Source: a virus (lineage: Duplodnaviria; Caudoviricetes). From it: a DNA stretch of 41,919 bases. A program made the position numbers and the translations under genes. This document shows, in pieces, positions 1 through 6,184 of this stretch. The DNA is taken from positions 1 through 41,919 of IMG/VR virus record IMGVR_UViG_3300023283_000392, one strand, 5' to 3'. The stretch's first letter is position 1. Every line of letters begins with the position of its first letter. The notes under the pieces are model-generated. The model worked only from the letters and a program-made list of their open reading frames with translations. It ran no database searches and was not told the origin of the DNA.

Positions 1-612
1 AAAGGGCCGGGCATTGGTCGAGACCAGAAGCCCGCCGTCCCAGCCGCCGCCCCACCATTGCGGCAACGTGCCGCCGTAGAAGACCCAGTTGCCCCAGGCT
101 TGCGCGATATAGCTGTTGTCGAAATGCAGATCGTTGCCGTCGGGCTGATCGTCGCGCCAGCCGACCGACAGCTTGGCGTAGGTCGAGGACCAGTGCTTGT
201 CGAGCGCCAGCGAGATATCGCCCTCCTGGCGCGCGCCGCCATCGAAGCCGCGCACGAGGCGCTCCTCGCTGGCCCCCTGCAGCTCGGCTTCGACGCCGAT
301 GCCGCGATAGTCGCGCGCCTGCGGCATCTCCCGGCGCACGCGCGCAAGGGCTGCCTCGACATGGGCGGGATAAGCGCGATCTTCCATGTTGGCGATGCCG
401 TGCGAGATCTGCGACCAGGAGACGGGCCATGTATTGAGCGGCCCGTCGACGATGCCGTAGGCGGCGAGCAGCTCGATGTCGCGGCGCAGGCGGGGGTCGC
501 CGGGCTCGGCCCATGGCTCGGCCGGCGCGGTCGACGGCGCGACGAGACAGGCAAGTCCCGCAAGCGCGGCCGCATGCAGCCGCCTCCAGGCTGGATTGCC
601 GGCCTTTCGCAT
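1..612 (-). CDS. Host capsule assembly Wzi-family outer-membrane protein, 5' part (runs off left edge)
   Basis: Not in the ORF track; translated by hand on the minus strand. Signal-peptide-like MRKAG...LHAAALAGLACLVAPSTAPA is followed by PWAEPGDPRLRRDIELLAAYGIVDGPLNTWPVSW and later QAWGNWVFYGGTLPQWWGGGWDGGLLVSTNARPF, which resemble Wzi motifs. Alternative in-frame ATG at 633. Confidence 0.8.
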   Translation of the reverse strand, partial: MRKAGNPAWRRLHAAALAGLACLVAPSTAPAEPWAEPGDPRLRRDIELLAAYGIVDGPLNTWPVSWSQISHGIANMEDRAYPAHVEAALARVRREMPQARDYRGIGVEAELQGASEERLVRGFDGGARQEGDISLALDKHWSSTYAKLSVGWRDDQPDGNDLHFDNSYIAQAWGNWVFYGGTLPQWWGGGWDGGLLVSTNARPF

Positions 613-848
613 TCGCTGGACCACGTCTCGCATCTCCCCGCCGGTTGGGTCTTTTTAGCCGTCCCGTGGCGTGCCTGACGGCGGAGCGCGAGTCTTAGCC
701 CGCATCTTTCACGATGTCACGAGTGTAGAGGCACTGCGACGAATCGCGGAGGTGGCGGCGACCGATCGGCGGTGGGCGGGGTGCGAAATCAGGCTTTGCC
801 GCTGCGGAAGCATCCTGCGGAGATCGGCTTTATCTCCCTCGATTCAAA

Positions 849-894
849 TGGTGGGCGCGAGAGGATTTGAACCTCTGACCCCTGCGGTGTGAAC
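849..894 (-). tRNA. 3' half of tRNA-Val(CAC); prophage att junction duplication, not an intact tRNA
   Basis: Minus strand reads G-TTCACAC-CGCAG-GGGTC-AGAGG-TTCAAAT-CCTCT-CGCGCCC-ACCA: anticodon loop with CAC, T-arm, acceptor 3' strand and CCA. The D-arm and 5' strands are absent upstream. It lies about 150 bp from the integrase stop. Confidence 0.9.
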
Positions 895-966
895 ACACCG
901 GCTAGGCCGGTATCTGGCGGAATTCTGCGGAATTGTCTGACGGCTGAGTATCGTTTTATGCCATGT

Positions 967-1003
967 GTTCGTGCCCTGTTCAGGGCATGAACCAAATTTG
1001 AAC
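967..1003. promoter_or_regulatory. Phased tetramer array GTTC-N7-GTTC-N7-GAAC-N7-GAAC (two alphaproteobacterial LexA-box matches and/or Int/Xis arm sites)
   Basis: GTTC 967-970, GTTC 978-981, GAAC 989-992, GAAC 1000-1003, with exact 11-bp periodicity. 967-992 is also an imperfect inverted repeat. Confidence 0.55.
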
Positions 1004-1047
1004 CAACTGTCCCCTGTGTCTGGCGCACCGCGAAGGTGACAGCGGGC

Positions 1048-2031
1048 CTACCAGTCGAGCGCCTCGGCGGCGCGGCGCAGATAGTCTGGCGAGTAGCGCG
1101 CGTAGACCTGCTCGGTGATGCGGGTGCTGGAGTGGCCGAGATATTGGCTGATCTCAGACATCGGGACGCCGGCCTCGGCCATCCAGGTCGCCGCCGAATG
1201 GCGCAGCATATGCGGCGTGCAACGCACGCCCGCGCGGGCGCTGGCGCGCGCGAAGGCGCGCTTGATGCTGCCGACCGGCCGGCCGGCCCACTCGATGACA
1301 TGGTCGGTCTGCGCCCCGGCGCGGGCATCCTCGAGCGCGGTGCGGGCGCGGGCGGTGATCGGGACGACGGCGCGGCGCTTGGCGGGGGCGCCTGCATCAC
1401 GCCGGCGCAGATCGATGAGACCGCGATCGAGATCCACGCGATCCCAGGTGAGCTCGAGCAAGGCCCGCGCCCGCGCGCCGGTCGAGACGGCGAGGATGGC
1501 GAACAGGCGGACATGCGGTGCCGCGCAGCCGTCAAGAAAGCGCTCGAATTCGGGCTTGGTGAGCCGAGCGTTGCGCGGCGGCGGCCGGCGCGGCAGCCAG
1601 ATCTTGGGCGCGCGCTCGATCAGGCGCATCGCCTCGGCCCAGTTGAGCGTCTGGCGGATCAGCGCGAGCTCGTAGGCGGCGGTCGCCGCCGAGACCGAGC
1701 GCATGCGCCGGCGGGCATAGCCGCGGCAGAGATCGCGATCGATCTGCTCGGGCAGCACGGCGGCGAATGTGTCGCGGGCGCGTGCCCAGGCATGGCGCTG
1801 ACGCTCGGTCGAGGCGATCTCGCCCGCGCGGTCGGCGATATAGGCCTCGACCAACTCGCCGGTGGTGCGGCCTACCGCGGTCCGTGCGGCCCAGAATGCA
1901 CGAGCACGGGTCTCTGCGAGGGCGCGATCGCGCGTGCCGAGCGAGCGGCGCTGTCGTCCCGCTCCCGGCTCGCTCCAGGCGACGGCCCATCGCCCGCGGT
2001 AGCGCACGATGCGGTATGGCCGCTCTCCCAC
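1048..2031 (-). CDS. int: Tyrosine recombinase (phage integrase)
   Basis: Catalytic motifs TGAR, HMLRH, LGH and VYARY. GTG start at 2031 is preceded by GAGGAGG, and the N-terminus resembles an arm-binding beta-sheet. Confidence 0.93.
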   Translation of the reverse strand: MGERPYRIVRYRGRWAVAWSEPGAGRQRRSLGTRDRALAETRARAFWAARTAVGRTTGELVEAYIADRAGEIASTERQRHAWARARDTFAAVLPEQIDRDLCRGYARRRMRSVSAATAAYELALIRQTLNWAEAMRLIERAPKIWLPRRPPPRNARLTKPEFERFLDGCAAPHVRLFAILAVSTGARARALLELTWDRVDLDRGLIDLRRRDAGAPAKRRAVVPITARARTALEDARAGAQTDHVIEWAGRPVGSIKRAFARASARAGVRCTPHMLRHSAATWMAEAGVPMSEISQYLGHSSTRITEQVYARYSPDYLRRAAEALDW

Positions 2032-2183
2032 CGCTCGACCTCCTCGACTGCAATCCGCAACAACTTGCCCCCGACGCGAAATCCCGTCAACTCGCCGCGG
2101 CGCAGCATGGCGCGCACGGTCGCCTCCGAGCATTGCCAGCGCTGCGCGAGAGTGGCCACGGTATATGGGCGGTCAGCGGGCAT
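1872..2183 (-). CDS. xis: Excisionase-like HTH protein (overlaps int 5' end by 160 nt)
   Basis: YTVATLAQRWQCSEATVRAMLRRGELTGFRVGGKLLRI is a MerR/HTH_17-type excisionase motif, located directly upstream of int. Confidence 0.8.
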   Translation of the reverse strand: MPADRPYTVATLAQRWQCSEATVRAMLRRGELTGFRVGGKLLRIAVEEVERWESGHTASCATAGDGPSPGASRERDDSAARSARAIAPSQRPVLVHSGPHGPR

Positions 2184-2475
2184 TACAGCGTCTCTGCAGC
2201 AGGATGATCTGACATGCGATGGGCCCCCACCAGATCTCGAGGCTCCAGCCGGTATAGTCTGGGCTATCGGCGTCGGGTGACGCAGTGTGCGAGCACAGAA
2301 TGACGCGCGGGTCGGGTTGGTCTGCCAAATCCAGTAATCGACCGTGGACCTCCATCAGCCCATCACGCCACCGGCTCTCCTCCACCCCCCTTCCCTCTGC
2401 GAGATTGGTCTGGAGATAATCAGCGACACAAATGATGATATCGGCCATCTCGACATATTCGTTATTAGCCATCAT
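2173..2475 (-). CDS. Hypothetical protein (visibly lower GC than flanks)
   Basis: 100-aa ORF that abuts both neighbours; GAGGAGG RBS upstream. Confidence 0.6.
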   Translation of the reverse strand: MMANNEYVEMADIIICVADYLQTNLAEGRGVEESRWRDGLMEVHGRLLDLADQPDPRVILCSHTASPDADSPDYTGWSLEIWWGPIACQIILLQRRCNAR

Positions 2476-3285
2476 CTACCCCTCCTCGATCGATCCATTC
2501 TCGCTGTGCAGCGCTTCGGATTCCGACTGACGCCGCTCTAATTCGTGGCGGACGGTGTAGAGCACGTCCTCGTCAAAATCCCGCGCCGCGACCCAACGGA
2601 GGAAACCTTCATCGACCTCGGTCCATTTATGGCCGCGCCAGGCGCCGATATGGCAGGTGACCTGTAGCGCCGGCTGCTGCGACCATTCGAGCAAGGTGGC
2701 GAGCGGCGGGTATTCCGGATCATTGAGCATCTCGGCGAGCAGGGTGGCCGTGACATAGGCGTCCGGGCCGGCGCGGTGGGTGGGCCGCATGCGATCGCGA
2801 TCGATAGCCTCGAGTCCGCGCCAGTAGCGCAAGGCCGCGTTGGCGTGGCTTGGCGCGTCGGGCCACAGGCGGAGGGCGAGCTTGTAGCTGCAGAGCCAGA
2901 GGCGGCCGTCCGGCATCAGCGGATCGAGAAAGCCGCGTTCGAATTTGGCGTTGTGTGCGGCGAAGATCGCAGCCGGGCCGGCATCGTCGCCGCAGAGCAG
3001 ACTCACGACGTCAGCCGCGGTCGGGCAGCCGACGACATCGCGGTCGATGATATGGTGGACCGCCGAGGATTGCGGCGGGATCGGGCGCCTAGGATCGACC
3101 AGCCGGCTTTGGGGATGTCCGGTGAGCGCGTCGGCGACGCGCCAATTGGCGGGCGCGCCGGCAAGGTCGATCTGGTGGGCGCGCAGGTCGCACCAGCCGA
3201 TCTCGACGATCGCGTCGTCGGCCAGGTCGAGCCCCGTGGTCTCGATATCGACGACACGGATCAGGGTGTGGGGCGTGTCAGGCAT
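2476..3285 (-). CDS. DEDDh 3'-5' exonuclease, exodeoxyribonuclease X-like
   Basis: VVDIETTG, AAHNAKFE and HRAGPDAYVT motifs, plus a C-terminal GAWRGHKWTEV motif. Start ATG 3285 overlaps the upstream stop. Confidence 0.88.
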   Translation of the reverse strand: MPDTPHTLIRVVDIETTGLDLADDAIVEIGWCDLRAHQIDLAGAPANWRVADALTGHPQSRLVDPRRPIPPQSSAVHHIIDRDVVGCPTAADVVSLLCGDDAGPAAIFAAHNAKFERGFLDPLMPDGRLWLCSYKLALRLWPDAPSHANAALRYWRGLEAIDRDRMRPTHRAGPDAYVTATLLAEMLNDPEYPPLATLLEWSQQPALQVTCHIGAWRGHKWTEVDEGFLRWVAARDFDEDVLYTVRHELERRQSESEALHSENGSIEEG

Positions 3286-3674
3286 CAATACGCCTTTCCG
3301 CCGGCTTCGCCGCGTGTTTCGGCCTGGTGGTCCGCCCGCCGCGCATTGTAGGCGAGCTTTTCGACCAAGGCGCCGCCGATATCGAGGCGGAGTGCGCCTG
3401 CAAGATCGGCGATCCGGATAACCGCGTCGGCCAACTCTACCTCGAGCATGGGGCGGTGGGGCAGATGGTCGTCGGGCAATGATTTCCGGTGTCCTTCCAT
3501 CGCCTCGCATATTTCGCTGTGGATCAGAAGCAACTTTTGCTCAACAATGCGTGGTGCGCCGCGCAAGTGCTCACCGGTCTTCACATCATGCCACCATCCA
3601 GCCCGCAGCGAGGCGTTGTGACAGGCATTGCGCACGGCGTTCAGAGAATAGGCGAGATCATAATGTTTGGTCAT
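3285..3674 (-). CDS. MazG-like nucleotide pyrophosphohydrolase
   Basis: KLLLIHSEICEAMEGHRK...EVELADAVIRIADLAG...EKLAYN, the all-alpha NTP-PPase ExxE/ExxD pattern. Confidence 0.85.
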   Translation of the reverse strand: MTKHYDLAYSLNAVRNACHNASLRAGWWHDVKTGEHLRGAPRIVEQKLLLIHSEICEAMEGHRKSLPDDHLPHRPMLEVELADAVIRIADLAGALRLDIGGALVEKLAYNARRADHQAETRGEAGGKAY

Positions 3675-3877
3675 CACACGAGTCCTTTCTGCGTTGCGAG
3701 CCATTCGGGGATTTCGAGCGGCAGCGGCTTGCTCCAGTGATGCTCGCCCGGCAGCCGCGCGAGCTGCGAGACGGGGAGCCAGTGACGCTGGCCGTCATCT
3801 GCCTCGATCTCGACGGCGGCGCCGGATTGGCTGCGCCGCAGGATGTGGCACCAGATGGTGACGTTCGTGGCAGTCAT
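3674..3877 (-). CDS. Small phage hypothetical protein
   Basis: MTATNVTIW...WLPVSQ...EIPEWLATQKGLV; translationally coupled at both ends. Confidence 0.65.
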   Translation of the reverse strand: MTATNVTIWCHILRRSQSGAAVEIEADDGQRHWLPVSQLARLPGEHHWSKPLPLEIPEWLATQKGLV

Positions 3878-4173
3878 GGATGCTCCTCCGGCAGCACGTC
3901 GCCCGCCGCAACGACAGCGCGGCCGCGGTGGCTGATGCAGTAGCCGGAGCCGCGGAACATGCCATCGTCGTCGCACAGTCCCTTATGAAACTCCGCCAGA
4001 TTGCGCCGCGCCAAATGACGGACGATGCGTCGAACGTCACTGCGGTCCATCTCCAGGCAGAGGCTGATGTGCGCAAACCCTACGCATATCTCTCCGGGCT
4101 CCGTCTGCGCATCGAGCTCCGTGAGCACACGCATATGGTGCGGCAACAGTCGCTTCACCACGGCTCGTCTCAA
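3874..4173 (-). CDS. Hypothetical winged-helix-like protein
   Basis: GFAHISLCLEMDRSDVRRIVRHLARRNLAEF...GSGYCISHRG pattern; coupled to neighbours. Confidence 0.55.
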   Translation of the reverse strand: MRRAVVKRLLPHHMRVLTELDAQTEPGEICVGFAHISLCLEMDRSDVRRIVRHLARRNLAEFHKGLCDDDGMFRGSGYCISHRGRAVVAAGDVLPEEHP

Positions 4174-4442
4174 TCAACATTGTCTGAGGCCGCTTGGGCG
4201 GGTCTCGGGGTCGTCAGCCGGTCGGCCTCCAGCGCGTCGGCGACGGCGCGCAGGCCGTCGGCGGTGACATGCCAGGCCCGGCCCTCGCCCGATTTGTCGC
4301 AGAGCATCATCAGCCCGCGTTCGTTGAGACGTTCGGCAACGGCCGGTGTGTCGCAACCGCCGATGAGCCAGCGACCGAGACAGCAATCGCCCAGCAACTC
4401 GAGTTGCCGGCGGCCGAGCGGGCGATTGGTGGCTGTCATCAA
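4170..4442 (-). CDS. Hypothetical protein (possible winged helix)
   Basis: AERLNERGLM...AWHVTADG pattern; overlapping start/stop with neighbours. Confidence 0.55.
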   Translation of the reverse strand: MMTATNRPLGRRQLELLGDCCLGRWLIGGCDTPAVAERLNERGLMMLCDKSGEGRAWHVTADGLRAVADALEADRLTTPRPAQAASDNVD

Positions 4443-4603
4443 TCATCCATCGGTTTGTGCGCGGCCGCCTCGGCGGCCTCGCCCGCCGGAAGGTGCCAAC
4501 ACCAGGGACACGGCCCATGCGCGAGCGGATCATAGATGCCGCCGCAGCCTTCGCAGCGCCGCTCGAGCCGGCGGCTGCCGGCGCGTTTGACGGTGATCGT
4601 CAT
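4439..4603 (-). CDS. Small Zn-ribbon protein
   Basis: CEGC...CPWC; ATGA coupling with neighbours. Confidence 0.5.
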   Translation of the reverse strand: MTITVKRAGSRRLERRCEGCGGIYDPLAHGPCPWCWHLPAGEAAEAAAHKPMDD

Positions 4604-4965
4604 GCCCGCTCGTCTCCCCGATCGCGCCGCTGCGGCGGCCGCGCGTCCGGCTGCATCGCGGCGCTGCGCGCCTGGGCGAGCGCCCGGCGGCCGGCATCGG
4701 TCGGGTACCAGGCGCGGCCGCCCGGCCGGGTGACGGGCACCCCGTCGCAATAGATCGTCACATCGGGCCGCTCGCAGCGGCGGACCAGCCCGCGGGCCTC
4801 GGCGGTGCGCTTGAGGCGCACGGGCCAACAGCGGCCCGAGTGTGGATCGACGGTCATCAGTCGGCCGTCGGGCGTGTGGCGCTCGGTCATCAGCCAGCGC
4901 AGCATCGCCGGTGTGACGGGCTCCGCCTGGGACGGTGTCGGAAACGGGATGATGGTGGCGGTCAT
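4600..4965 (-). CDS. Hypothetical protein
   Basis: MTATIIPFP... ORF with a GGAG RBS; its stop overlaps the next start. Confidence 0.55.
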   Translation of the reverse strand: MTATIIPFPTPSQAEPVTPAMLRWLMTERHTPDGRLMTVDPHSGRCWPVRLKRTAEARGLVRRCERPDVTIYCDGVPVTRPGGRAWYPTDAGRRALAQARSAAMQPDARPPQRRDRGDERA

Positions 4966-4981
4966 GGCGTGGCTCCATTGA

Positions 4982-5197
4982 TCATCGATGCGGTCGCTCC
5001 GGCAGCCGCGCCCGGATCGCGTCCGCCCGTGCCGCGACCGCAGCGCGGTCGAGCGGCGACAGGCGGGCGATGGCCGCGGCGTTGTTGCGCAACACACGGT
5101 CGATCTGGGTGCGGTCGATCGCCTGCTCGAGCACCGCGATCAGGTCGCCTGCCGTGCGCGGCGGCAGGGTGGGAAGAATCGGTGCGCGCGCGATCAT
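4982..5197 (-). CDS. Hypothetical protein
   Basis: MIARAPILPTL... helical 71-aa ORF coupled to the upstream stop. Confidence 0.55.
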   Translation of the reverse strand: MIARAPILPTLPPRTAGDLIAVLEQAIDRTQIDRVLRNNAAAIARLSPLDRAAVAARADAIRARLPERPHR

Positions 5198-5976
5198 GAC
5201 CGGCGCTCCGCGAGCTTGGCGGCGCGGGCGAGCAGCTCGGCTTCGCTGACCTGGCGGCCGTCGATCATCCAGGCGTCGGCCGAGCCGCCGATGACCGCGG
5301 CGCGGTGAACGATATAGCCGCGGCGCTGGAGGGCCTGTTGCGCCTCGCTCACAGGGTCGTCGCGGCGATCGGGCACCGGCGCCGGCGCCTCGCCCCAGCG
5401 GGGCTTGTGCCGCCGCTGCGGGCGGCCGGCAGCGCATGGGGTAGCGCTGGGCGACTGTTGCGCGGCCAGAATTTCGCGCACGCGCGCGCGGCTGATGTTG
5501 TGCTCGCGCGCGATCGCGCTGATGGTGGCACCGGCTTGGGCGGCGGCGCGGATGGCGTCGTTGCGGACGGACTTGTGCTGGCGGCGCGGGCCGGGCCGCG
5601 ATTGTGGTGCCGTCGTCGACGAGGCGGCGCCACCGTCGGCGGCGGCATCGGGGCCGCGGGCTCCGCGCGGCTGAGTCTGCGTCTCCGCGCGCGCTGTCGC
5701 CACCGCCGCCGGCTTTTGGAGTGGCGCAGCCCGTGGCGCTGCCGGTGCCGCCGGCGCCATCGCGACCCGCGCCGCGCACCATCGGCAGCGCAGGCCGTGG
5801 CCGGCCAGGCGCAGCTTGCCATAGCCGCAATGCGGGCAGGAATCGCCTGCCAGCCAGCCGACATCCGGCAATGACTGTTCGAGCTCGGCGACGAACGCGA
5901 CGATCAGCTCGCGCCGCGGCCGCGGCAGGGCCGCGATGCGCCGCGCGAGCGCCTCGGGATCGGGGCAGTCAGCCAT
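5194..5976 (-). CDS. Zn-ribbon plus HTH multidomain putative transcription regulator
   Basis: CPHC...CRWC, a low-complexity linker, then RNDAIRAAAQAGATISAIAREHNISRARVREIL HTH. Confidence 0.6.
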   Translation of the reverse strand: MADCPDPEALARRIAALPRPRRELIVAFVAELEQSLPDVGWLAGDSCPHCGYGKLRLAGHGLRCRWCAARVAMAPAAPAAPRAAPLQKPAAVATARAETQTQPRGARGPDAAADGGAASSTTAPQSRPGPRRQHKSVRNDAIRAAAQAGATISAIAREHNISRARVREILAAQQSPSATPCAAGRPQRRHKPRWGEAPAPVPDRRDDPVSEAQQALQRRGYIVHRAAVIGGSADAWMIDGRQVSEAELLARAAKLAERRS

Positions 5977-6184
5977 CGTCGCGCGCCTCCGTTGTCTCGA
6001 GCGGCGCGAGATCGATCTCGGGCAGCGGCGCGCCGCCGGACTCGAGATGGTGATCGCGGCGCCAGGTGAGAGGGCGGGCGGCGCGGGCGAGCGCGAGCAA
6101 GGCGGTGCGATGGTCGACCAGCCAGGCGGCCAGCATGGCCTTGGGCAGGGAAAGCAGCTGTGGGGCGTAGGATGGATCAACCAT
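5969..6184 (-). CDS. Hypothetical protein
   Basis: 71-aa ORF bridging the ParB-like gene and the next gene, overlapping both. Confidence 0.5.
   Translation of the reverse strand: MVDPSYAPQLLSLPKAMLAAWLVDHRTALLALARAARPLTWRRDHHLESGGAPLPEIDLAPLETTEARDDG

Noticed and set aside
58-678. 206-aa plus-strand ORF
   Set aside because: Antisense shadow of the Wzi-like gene, which has recognisable motifs on the minus strand.
849-925. Complete functional tRNA gene
   Set aside because: The 5' acceptor strand, D-arm and 5' anticodon stem are missing; only the att-duplicated 3' half is present.
1036-2280. 414-aa plus-strand ORF opposite int
   Set aside because: Shadow ORF expected from high GC3 codon bias; no motifs or RBS.
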